From Heptranchias perlo (Eukaryota): a stretch of DNA of 64,000 bases. The notes beneath the pieces are model-generated. The model saw only the letters and a list, made by a program, of their open reading frames with translations. It did no database searches and was not told the origin of the DNA. How positions within the stretch are numbered: the first letter of the stretch is position 1; every line of letters begins with the position of its first letter. Below are positions 38,041 through 49,400 of this stretch, piece by piece. Where the stretch lies: the NCBI RefSeq assembly GCF_035084215.1, contig NC_090338.1:57164001-57228000 (forward strand), given 5' to 3'. The translations under genes were made by a program, and so were the position numbers.

Positions 38041-39943
38041 TCTTCTGTCTGTTGCCTCGGCAAGTTGCTCTGTGAGTACAGCTGGCACCTAAGTGGGCAT
38101 GATGGTTCAAATGAGAGAAGCCGTCAAGTGATTTAGTGGAAATTACCAGCAAAATATCTTGCTGGCTACTTGCCTTGCTGTCAGATAGTGTTCTGCTGCT
38201 GCCGGGAGTCTGCAGTGTTTTTGAAGTTGTTGCATGAAAACTTCCTGAGGGAGGGTGGGGATGTTGGGGTGGGGGGGTGGTCAGCAACTTACACAGTTTC
38301 TACACTCAAGTTACACCAGAAATGCACCAAGAACATTTAAATTAACTTACTCCAGGAAATTTGCATCTAACTCCCTCTGCTGGTGAATAACATAACTTTC
38401 CAGCACAACAGTGGCATAACTGACATTGAGGAAATTCAGGGCCGACAACATTCGGGGCGGCTACTGCCCTTCACTGCTGAGAACCAGAGATGGGAGTCAC
38501 GAAAATGCAAGTGACAGTTTTCAGATATGAGTTGACTGTAAGTAGAACTTGACTATTCCATAGAAAGAACTTGTATTTTAGGCAACGTCTTTCACATTCC
38601 CAAATGGCCCAAAGAGCTTCACGGCCAATGAATTGCTTTTGAAGTGTAGTCACTAATAATGTTCTACTCCCAAAGTTAGAGATAAATACATGATATCACA
38701 TAGGCCCCAGTGTAATACAAGAGCTAAACAATTACAGCCAACCAGATAAGGAAAGACAAAAAAAAGCTTGTATTGATGTAGTACTTTATCATGTGTGTGG
38801 AAAGAAACTCCAAAGTACTTCACAGACATTAAATTACTTTGAAGTGCAGACTGTTGTTCTGTAGGCAAACATAAGTAACACAAGAAAGTCATGAATGTGT
38901 TATGTCTGGTTGGGTCCATGTTGTTTCTAAGATGTGGTATCACACTGGGATCTGTATGGAATTCTATTTATGGAACAGTTATCTAATGTAAGTAGTTAAA
39001 ATGTGAAAATATCTGTTATCAATTCAGAATGCAGGACTTTTCTTCTATGTATTTATAGCAGCAGGAAAGAATATTGCAGATACATGCAGAGATTCACTTC
39101 CTGGTGTGTGGGTATCCCAGAAGCTACAGTATATGTTATTTGATGTGGGGTTTTTTTTCTAACATTTCCATTTGTTTGTGCTGCAAAAATATTTTGATTT
39201 GATATTTTTGTGCTTTTCTTCCAAATGGCATTTGACGCTGGACCACTGTGACAGCAGAAATGTGGCAGCAGCAATGTGACAGTTGGTTTCGTGATGCCAC
39301 TCAGGACAGTCAAAAGCAAGCTGGCTGAAAGGTGCCATTGTCCTGATGTCAAAGGGACAACAGTCAGTGTACACAGTCCACTGTCACTGCAACAAACAGG
39401 GCACTAGTATTACAAGTGCCCCAAGACAGTGCCAGATACAGAGGGACCTACACCAACCACTCGCATTTGATTGTAAGGGGAAATTTGTTCCGTTCAACAC
39501 TATCCCCTGAATGAGAAAATTATTTTGTTCCTCTTTATAATATTTTAAATAGATTTTCCTATTCCCGTCCCTTGAAGTACTCAATCGCCTGTGTGCAGCG
39601 AATAAAGGAAAATTGAGTGGATTCTCCCAGCCCAATTTTTGTTTATTCACTGTGCCAAGGTGACACAATACACCTCGACACAAAAACAGGAAAATCTCCC
39701 CCGATAGCCTTTCGACAAGATAATAAAAATATTTAAATATACATAAGAACATAAGAACATAAGAAATTGGAGCAGGAGTAGGCCAATCGGCCCCTCGAGC
39801 CTGCTCCGCCATTCAATAAGATCATGGCTGATCTGATCCCAACCACAAATCTAAAGAACACAAGAAGTCGGAGCAGGACCCGGCCACATAGCCCCTGGGC
39901 CCTCTCCGCCACCCACAGGGCATTGACCGATCCGAACTCAGCT

Positions 39944-42794
39944 TCATGTCCAATTTCCTGCCCGCTCCCCATAACCCCTAATTCCCTTTACTTCTAGGAA
40001 ACTGTCTATTTCTGTTTTAAATTTATCTAATGATGTAGCTTCCACAGCTTCCTGGGGCAGCAAATTCCACAGACCTACCACCCTCTGAGTGAAGAAGTTT
40101 CTCCTCATCTCAGTTTTGAAAGAGCAGCCCCTTATTCTAAGATTATGCCCCCTAGTTCTAGTTTCACCCATCTTTGGGAACATCCTTACTGCATCCACCC
40201 GATCAAGACCCTTCACAATCTTATATGTTTCAATAAGATCGCCTCTCATTCTTCTGAACTCCAATAAGTAGAGTCCCAATCTACTCAACCTCTCCTCATA
40301 TGTCCGCCCCCTCATCCCCGGGATTAACCGAGTGAACCTTCTTTGTACTGCCTCGAGAGCAAGTATGTCTTTTCTTAAGTATGGAGACCAAAACTGTATG
40401 CAGTATTCCAGGTGCGGTCTCACCAATACCTTATATAACTGCAGCAATACCTCCTTGTTTTTATATTCTATCCCCCTAGCAATAAAAGCCAACATTCCGT
40501 TGGCTTTCTTGATCACCTGCTGCACCTGCATACCAACTTTTTGATTTTCTTGCACTAGGACCCCCAGATCCCTTTGTACTGCAGTACTTTCCAGTCTCTT
40601 GCCATTAAGAAAATAACTTGCTCTCTGATTTTTCCTGCCAAAGTGCATAACCTCACATTTTCCAATATTATATTGCATCTGCCAAATCTCCGCCCACTCA
40701 CCCAGCCTGTCTATATCCCCTTGCAGGTTTTTTATGTCCTCCTCACTCTCTACTTTCCCTCCCATCTTTGTATCATCTGCAAATTTTGATATGTTGCACT
40801 CGGTCCCCTCCTCCAAATCGTTAATATAGATTGTAAAGAGTTGGGGACCCAGCACCGACCCCTGTGGAACACCACTGGTTACTGGTTGCCAGTCCGAAAA
40901 TGAACCATTTATCCCAACTCTCTGCTTCCTGTTCGATAACCAATCCTCCACCCATGCCAGAATATTACCCCCAATCCCGTGATTTTTTATCTTAAGTAAT
41001 AATCTTTTATGTGGCACCTTGTCGAATGCCTTCTGGAAGTCTAAATACACTATGTCCACTGGTTCCCCTTTATCCACCCTATACGTTATATCCTCGAAGA
41101 ACTCAAGCAAATTTGTCAGACATGACTTCCCCTTCATAAAGCCATGCTGACTTTGTCCTATTAAATTATGCTTATCTAAATGTTCCGTTACTGTCTCCTT
41201 AATAATAGACTCCAAAATTTTACCCACCACAGATGTTAAGCTAACTGGCCTATAATTTCCAGCCTTCTGCCTACTACCCTTTTTAAATAACGGTGTTACA
41301 TTAGCAGTTTTCCAATCTGCCGGGACCTCTCCTGAGTCCAGGGAATTTTGGAAAACTATCACCAAAGCATCCACAATCCCTACTGCCACTTCCCTCAAGA
41401 CCCTAGGATGGAAGCCATCAGGTCCAGGGGATTTATCCGCCTTGAGTCCCATTATTTTACTGAGTACCATCTCCTGAGTGATTTTAATCGTATTTAGCTC
41501 CTCCCCCCCGAGAGTCCCCTGTTTGTCCAGTGTTGGGATATTCTTAGTGTCCTCTACTGTAAAGACTGAAACAAAATATTTGTTCAGCATTTTTGCCATC
41601 TCCATGTTTCCCACCATTAATTTCCCGGTCTCATCCTCTAAGGGACCTATGTTTGCCTTAGCCACCCTTTTTCTTTTTATATAACTATAGAAACTCTTGC
41701 TATCTGTTTTTATATTTTTTGCTAATTTCTTTTCATAATCTAACTTCCCTTTCTTAATCAATCCTTTAGTTACTTTTTGCTGTCTTTTGAAGAATTCCCA
41801 ATCTTCTATCCTCCCACTAAGTTTGGCTACCTTATATGTCCTTGTTTTTAGTCGGATACTATCCTTGATTTCTTTACTTAGCCACGGATGACTGTCATTT
41901 CTTTTACACCCTTTTTTCCTCAGTGGAATATATTTATTTTGAAAGTTGTAAAATAACTCCCTAAATGAACACCGCATGTACCGTCTTACCCTTTAATCTA
42001 TTTTCCCAGTCCACTTTAATCAATTCCGCTCTCATACCATCATAGTCTCCTTTATTCAAGCTCAGTACGCTTGTTTGAGAATCAACCTTCTCACCCTCTA
42101 ATTGGATATGGAATTCAACCATGTTGTGGTCGCTCGTTCCAAGGGGATCCTTAACTAGGACATTATTAATTAATCCTGACTCATTACACAGGACCAGGTC
42201 CAAGGTTGCCTGCCCCCTTGTAGGATCAGTTACATACTGCTCAAGAAATCCATCCCTGATGCACTCAATGAACTCGTCCTCAAGGCTGCTCTGCCCAATT
42301 TGATTTGTCCAGTTAATATGATAATTAAAATCCCCCATAATTATGGCTGTTCCCTTATTACATGCCCCGACTATCTCCTGATTAATACTTCTTCCAGCAG
42401 AGTTGCAACTATTAGGAGGCCTATATACTACGCCCACTAATGTTTTTTTTCCCTTATTATTCCTTATCTCCACCCAAACTGTTTCATTATCTTGATGCTT
42501 TGTCCCAATATCATTTCTCTGTATTACAGTGATTCCTTCCTTTATTAACATAGCCACCCCACCTCCCCTTCCTTCCTGCCTGTCCTTCCTGATTGTTAAA
42601 TACCCTGGCATATTTAATTCCCAGTCGTTGTCACCCTGCAGCCATGTTTCTGTAATGGCCACAAGATCATACCCATACGTAGTTATTTGTGCCGTTAACT
42701 CATCCATTTTATTACGAATGCTACGTGCATTCAGATAAAGAACTTTCAAATCTGTTTTGTGACGCTTAGTTCCTGCTTTTTCCTTTTTTAACAC
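39944..42794 (-). pseudogene. CR1 ORF2p (APE endonuclease + RT), split by one frameshift at ~41970
   Basis: ORF 41961-42794 (YLNARS, AITETWL, GDFN, SDH) continues as ORF 39944-41977 ([23 protein letters not shown]). Confidence 0.92.
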
Positions 42795-42877
42795 TTTACC
42801 TATTACTCCATACCTTCTGTCCCTTCCTGTTACGCTTTCCTCTCTCTCCCTGCTCAGGTTCCCAACCCCCTGCCACT

Positions 42878-43828
42878 TTAGTTTAAACCCTCCCCAACAG
42901 CACTAGCAAACACTCCTCCTAGGACAGCGGTCCCGGCCCTGCCCAGGTGCAGACCATCCGGTTTGTACTGGTCCCACCTCCCCCAGAACCGTTTCCAGTG
43001 TCCCAGGAATTTGAATCCCTCCCCCTTGCACCATTCCTCTAGCCACGTATTCATTTGAAATATCCTCCTATTTCTACTCTGACTAGCACGTGGCACTGGC
43101 AGCAATCCTGAGATTACTACCTTTGAGGTCCTATTTTTTAATTTACCTCCTAACTCCCTATATTCTGCTTTTAGGACCTCATCCCCTTTTTTACCTATAT
43201 CGTTGGTGCCTATGTGCACCACGACAGCTGGCTGTTCGCCCTCCCCCTCCAAAATGTTCTGTAGCCGCTCCGAGACGTCCTTGATCCTTGCACCAGGGAG
43301 GCAACACACCATCCTGGAGTCTCGGTTGCGGCCGCAGAAACGCCTGTCTATTCCCCTTACAATTGAGTCCCCTATCACTATAGCTCTGCCACTCTTTTTC
43401 CTCCCAGCCTGTGCAGCAGAGCTACCCGTGGTGCCAGGAAGTTGGCTGCTGCTGCCTTCCCCTGATAAGTCATCCCCCCCAACAGCATCCAAAGTGGCAT
43501 ATCTGTTTGAGAGGGGGATGGCCACAGGGGACCCCTGCACTACCTGCCTGCATCTCTTACTCTTCCTGGTGGTCACCCATTCACTTCCTGCCTGTATACC
43601 CTTTACCTGCGGTGTGACCAACTCGCTAAACGTGCTATCCACGAGTTTCTCTGCATCGCGGATGCTCCACAGTGAGTCCACCCGCAGCTCCAGCTCCGAG
43701 ATACGATCGGTCAGTAGCTGCAGGTGGACACACTTCCCGCACACATGGTCGGCAGGGACACTGGTAGTGTCCATGACTTCCCACATCTTGCAGGAGGAGC
43801 ATATCACGGGTGCGAGGTCTGCTGCCAT
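42878..43828 (-). CDS. CR1 ORF1p: Cys-rich zinc-finger/leucine-zipper N-terminus plus SGNH/GDSL esterase domain
   Basis: CSSC...CGKC, heptad LTDRISELELRVDSL, IGDSIVR, CLPGA, HIGTND, DGLHL; 316 aa, open. Confidence 0.92.
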   Translation of the reverse strand: MAADLAPVICSSCKMWEVMDTTSVPADHVCGKCVHLQLLTDRISELELRVDSLWSIRDAEKLVDSTFSELVTPQVKGIQAGSEWVTTRKSKRCRQVVQGSPVAIPLSNRYATLDAVGGDDLSGEGSSSQLPGTTGSSAAQAGRKKSGRAIVIGDSIVRGIDRRFCGRNRDSRMVCCLPGARIKDVSERLQNILEGEGEQPAVVVHIGTNDIGKKGDEVLKAEYRELGGKLKNRTSKVVISGLLPVPRASQSRNRRIFQMNTWLEEWCKGEGFKFLGHWKRFWGRWDQYKPDGLHLGRAGTAVLGGVFASAVGEGLN

Positions 43829-44092
43829 GACTTGCCTTAGCTTAGTTACCCCTTTTAAATTACGTTGAAATTAGAAAATGTTAACTATACTAGGGACCTA
43901 GGTTCACTAAAAAAAACACTATCTGCTATAAAACCTGCAGATCTTCCCTTTCTTATTACTTTACTTACAGTAAAATGGTAGAAATACTCACCTGAACCTA
44001 CTCACCAATCAGCTGCCTCCCCTGTGCCGCGTCACTTTCTGACTGGTGACGTCACCCCGAACTCTGCCGCTGGTCTCAGAGTCTCGCTCTCA

Positions 44093-44310
44093 GAGTAAGC
44101 TCTGGTCTCGCTCTCTCCGCGCTGTTTATATCCCCGCTCTGGTCTCGCTCTCTCCCGCCGCTCACCGACTGAACTCTCGCTCTCTCCGCGCTGTTTATAT
44201 CTCCGCTCTGGTCTCGCTCTTTACCGCCGCTCACCGACTGGACTCTCGCTCTCTCCGCGCTGTTTTTATCCCCGCTCTGGTCTCGCTCTCTCCCGCCGCT
44301 CACCGCTCTC
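44093..44310. repeat. ~59-bp tandem repeat in the CR1 5' UTR, ~3.5 copies
   Basis: Unit ctctcgctctctccgcgctgtttatatccccgctctggtctcgctctctcccgccgctcaccgactg-like. Confidence 0.85.
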
Positions 44311-46397
44311 AGGTCCACTACCGCTCTGCAGGAAAAGCAAGGCAAAGCAGCACCTCCTTCCCCCACTTTACCAAACTCCCACACGTACCGAACTCTCAGC
44401 ACACTGTGTTGTCCTCACACCGTGCTGTCCGCACTGACAGGCCCCTGTATTTCTACAGTTGAGACTCAGATGAGTCAGGCCTGCCCCACCTTCAGGTACC
44501 AATTGAATCTAGCTAACCAATTAACTTGCTACAGCAGCTCTCTGCTGAAGCCAGACAGAAACTTAGAAATTTAAACTTTTAAATTGACCTTAAACAGTTG
44601 AAGCAATATGCACTAGATTTAAAGAGATTAACCCTTAAAGAGATTAACCCTTCAACTCCCACACGTACCGAACTCTCAGCACACTATGTTGTCCTCACAC
44701 CATCAGATTTATAGGGAATCAAATTCTTAAAATAACCAATATATGTTAACAATTTCACAAAAAAGATTATAATTAATTTTGAAATGCTCAGTGGAAACTA
44801 AAGGGGAGATTTTCAGTTACTGGGTCCTGATGCATATTGGGAATGTGTGCACCATTAAAATTAATGGATGGTAAATCACAGGCTGTGGGTGCACGATTCC
44901 CGATACACACTCCTGGCACGTGCATACACTGGCAGCACCAAAGTTAAAAATCTCCCATTAAAAGCTTTAAGAGGAGTTTCCCATGTCCATTGTAAGTGTG
45001 CAGTGCGGTGTGTATCAGTGGCACGACATGCTGCTGCCTCGAATTGTGGAAACAGTCCTCCGATTGGCAGCACGTTTTCTTGGGCTTGATGATGTTCTTG
45101 CTCAGACGGGTGGAGGATGAGCCTGGGTTGTGGGAAGATCACAGAACATTGCTGAACAGACATCATGTGCTTTGTTTGAAATGTGCAGGGTTTTACGCTG
45201 AGAAAAGCCTCAATCCTGACACAACGAAGGAAGTGCTTCAGCCATGAAAGTGGTTCATGTTGTTGGATATTTACCTGAGGATCAGAAAGGAGAATATTAA
45301 AGTTAAACCACTCATCCACTGACTGAAGCTCACAATATAGTCATATTCGAGTAATACAGCACAGTAAAACACAGAAAACAGAAAACACATTTGTCGTTTG
45401 AATTGCGTATCTAAATGAGCAGAGATGGACACTCAGACGCCTTCAGATCTGGACAATGATCTTGGTAAATTCAGATCTAAGCTGTAGCCACCAACGGTGC
45501 TAGTGGTGTGGGGTGTGTCTGTCTGTCTGGGGTGAGAGCAGGTGAGTTCAGCTTCCAGGTGTAGACCCTTTGTCAGAACACAGGCCTGGCGGGGAGGTGG
45601 GTGGGGGGGGGTAAACCTCCTCTGTACCCTCTCCGAGGCATTGACATACTTCCTAAAGTGTGGTGCCAGCTCCCACAAGGGCACTTATAGGCTCTACCGG
45701 CTGGAATTTCTGGCAGCAGGAGGCAGACGGGCACCAGAGGAGCACCCAAAGTGGCACTTTTACCCACCTGGCCTATGCTAATGAGGTGCTCTCCCACTGA
45801 CCCCACAAACCCCAGTAGTGTCATTGTTGGGGGACACCGTCAAGAGTGATCCTGATGTAATACTGGGATCGCAACCTGAGCAAATTTAGGGCCAATGTTT
45901 GGAGGTCACTTTGCAACAGGAGAGAGCCCCTTTAACACCTTCTTGCTAAAACATTGTTTCCTTAAGCAGACCTATTCTGAGGCATCATCGAAGGAGCGGT
46001 GTGGTCTGTAGAACCTGGTGGACGGGTCACTCCTAGTTGGTCATCTTCTTCTTTGTTACACCGTATCCCTGTGTACCTCTCTCATTTCCTCCTCCTCCTG
46101 CTCCTGTTCTGTCTCTATAATAAGGAACTCTATCGGAATGCCCCTAGTGAACTCCAGGGTAAGGGCTCCATGACAGAAGAGTGGAAACAAAAGATTTCCC
46201 TGCCTGAAAAGCACAGTTTAGAAAAGATATTTCTAATAGCTTCAGGGTCTATGGGTACAAACTGGTAAAAGACAAGTTCAGCACTGATGTCAGGAAGCAC
46301 TTCTTTACACACAGACTGATCAATACCTGGAATGGTATTGTGGGACCATACGTTTCCATGGCACAATGGACTAGAACCATCAAATGTCTTACCTTAC

Positions 46398-46407
46398 CTG
46401 CATTTAT
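46398..46407 (-). CDS. Gene B candidate microexon (YKC R)
   Basis: Acceptor ttacttcaccaag, 131 nt after the TM donor; tandem donors GTAAG GTAAG. Position matches gene A exon 6. Confidence 0.45.
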
Positions 46408-49400
46408 CTTGGTGAAGTAAAGGACTTTCATTGCAGACTCATACCATCAAACGCCATGTGAAAAATAAAGGCGACTGTAAAAAAATCTTATCAAAGTGTT
46501 TTCAGGCTTAAGACAAATTATTAAATCATCGCACTTACATTTCCATTGGCAGAGGAGCACAGTGATTGCGATGAAACAGATTAAAACTGAAACACGAGCA
46601 GCCAACAGAATAGGAGAAATCAGTCTGCTAACCAGCATTTCTGGTACCTGAAGCACAGAAACAGAATCAGAGAACAGAAATCTTCCTTGCAATATGAAAA
46701 CAAATAAATATCAGTGTAAGGATGTCAACTTACAAATCAATACGGAACATAGTGTTATTCATTAACCTTTGAACATTACTTGGGACCATGTTATCGCCAG
46801 CATCTTGAGTTTAATATGAACCAGCTGAACTGAGCATAACTGTTCGAGTTTATACCAAGTACCCCTCATGACATTCTGCCACACCAGTCTCACTTCGATG
46901 TAACACAATTTCTCTTATCCCATTCTTATCAAGCTGGATTTTCAATGAATCCACCCCAGAAGGTATGGAGCGGGACCTCTGCCCACCGTCACCTTGGCTC
47001 AGTTTCCTGGGTCAGGGGTCATGAATATGCAGTGGTGGATTCCTGGTGGGATCCCTGCCAGCAACAGGGAGTCTGCTGTTTCATACCACAAAAATTTGGT
47101 TGGTGCTGCTCTATTTTAGCTGTTGTTTGGTAGTTGATGGCTCATCCCGAGATTCTTTTTCCCTTAACTCATGGGTCTCAGTCCCTATTGTCCATTTATC
47201 AGATGCAAGGTTGAGCAGGGGCAGGAGTTGGAGCTCGGAGGAGGAGGTGTGATTTGAGTAGAAAGTAAATAGCTGTGAACGTAGTTTTGCAGAAGAGACC
47301 ACATAAAGTTGGCATTTCCTGTCAAAAGCTTTGCAATGTCCAAGACAAGATGCATCAAAATGTTTATGTTCAGTTAGAATCATAGAAAGGTTACAGCACG
47401 GAAGGAGGCAATTCGGCCCATCGAGTCCACGCCTGCTCTATGCGAGAGCAATCCAGCTAGTCCCATTCCCCCGCCCTATCCCCGTAGCCCTGCAAATTTT
47501 TTCCTTTCAAGTATTATCCAGTTCCCTTTTGAAGGCCATGATTGAATCTGCCTCCACCACCCCCTCAGGCAGTGCATTCCAGATCCTAAACACTCACTGT
47601 ATAAAAAAGTACCTCCTCTTTCACCTTTGGTTCTTTTGCCAATCACTTTAAATCTATGTCCTCTGGTTCTTGACCCTTCCGCCAATGGGAAAAGTTTCTC
47701 TCTATCTATTCTGTCCAGTTCCTTCATGATTTTGAATCCCTCTATCAAATCTCCTCTCAACCTTCTCTGTTGCAAGGAGAACAACCCCAGCTTCTCCAGT
47801 CTATCCACGTAACTAAAGTTCCTCATCCCTGGAATCATTCTAGTAAATCTCTTCTGCACCCTCTCTAAGGCCTTCACATCTTTCCTAAAGTGCGATGCAC
47901 AGAACTGGACACAATACTCCAGTTGTGGCTGAACCAGTGTTTAATAGAGGTTCATCATGACTTCCATATTTCTATACTCTATGCCTCTATTTATAAAGCC
48001 CAGGATCCCGTATTTTTTTTAACTGCTTTCTCAACCTGCCCTGCCACCTTCAACGATTTGTGCGCATATACACCCGGATCTCTCTGTTCCTGTGCCCCTT
48101 TTAGAGTTGTTGTCTCTAGTTTATATTGCCTCTCCTCATTCTTCCTACCGAAATGTATCACTTTGCATTTTTCTGCGTTAAATTTCATCTGCCACGTGTC
48201 CGCCCATGCCACCAGCCTGTCTATATCCTCTTGAAATCTATCACTGTCCTCCTCACTGTTTACTAACCTTCCAAGTTTTGTGTCATCTGCAAATTTGGGA
48301 ATTGCGGCCTGTACAACCAAGTCCAAGTCATTAATATATATCAAGAAAAGCAGTGGTCCCAGCACCGACCCCTGGGGAACACCACTGTACACCTTCCTCC
48401 AGTCCGAAAAACAATTATTCACCACTACTCTGTTTCCTGTCCCTTAGCCAATTCTGTATCCATGTTGCTACTGCCCCCTTTATTCCATGGGCCGCAATCT
48501 TGATGATAAGCCTACCGTATGGCACTTTATCAAACAGCTTTTGAAAGTCCATTTATACCACATCAACTGCAATGCCCTCAGCTACCCTTTCTGTTACCCT
48601 ATCAAAAAAAATTCTTTCAGGTTAGTTAAACAAGAATTGCTTTTAACAAATCCATGCTGGATTTCTCATGTCAATCCACACTCGTCCATGTGACTGTTAA
48701 TTCTGTCCCGGATTATCATTTCTAAAAGTTTCCCCACCACTGACGTTAAACTGACTGGCCCATAGTTACTGGGTTTATCCTTACACCCTTTTTTGAACAA
48801 GGGTATAACATTTGCAATTCTCCAGTCCTCTGGCACCACCCCCTGTATCGACAGATGTTTGGAAGATTATGGCCAGTACCTCTGCAATTTCCACCCTTAT
48901 ATCCCTCAGCAACCAAGGATCCATCCCATCTGGACCGGGAGACTTATCTGCTTTAAGTACAGATAGCCTTTCAAGTACCTCTTCCTTATCAATTTTTAGC
49001 CCATCCAGTAGCTCAACTATATCTTCCTTTACTGATACTCTGGCAGCATCCTCTTTCTCGGTAAAGACAGATGCAAAGTACTCATTTAATACCTCGGTCA
49101 ACCCCTCTGCCTTCATGAGTAGATCTCCTTTATGGTCCCTAATTGGCCCCACCCCTCCTCTTACTACCCGTTTACTGTTTACATGCCTGTAGAAGGCTTT
49201 TGGATTCCCTTTTATGTTGGTCGCCAGTCTATTCTCATACTCTCTCTTTGCTCCTCTTATTTCCTTTTTCACTTCCTCTCTGAACTTTCTACATTCTGCC
49301 TGGTTCTCACTTGTATTATCAACCTGACATCTGTCATACGCCCATGTTTTCTGCTTCATCTTACTCTCTATCTCTTTCGTCATCCTGGGAGCTCTGCTTA

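Larger units (their letters stand above)
39741..44701 (-). mobile_element. Near full-length CR1 LINE
   Basis: 5' UTR with repeats, intact ORF1, ORF2 with a single frameshift, 3' UTR and (TTCTTATG)n tail at 39741-39765. The 5' boundary is approximate. Confidence 0.92.

Noticed and set aside
39664-39688. RSS-like cacaata...acaaaaaca
   Set aside because: Spacer is 9 nt rather than 12 or 23, it lies in a MITE-like element, and there is no adjacent V/D/J segment.
43203-43868. 221-aa plus-strand ORF
   Set aside because: Antisense shadow of CR1 ORF1; no independent evidence.
45540-45580. Degenerate hammerhead-like motif on the minus strand (gttctgacaaagggtctacacctggaagctgaac)
   Set aside because: Both catalytic core boxes are mutated (CTGACAA, GGAA); at best an old Penelope relic.
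47041-47383. Possible extra mucin exon of gene B
   Set aside because: No convincing acceptor/donor pair in a compatible phase; exons 50243-50164 and 46647-46539 already join in phase 0.
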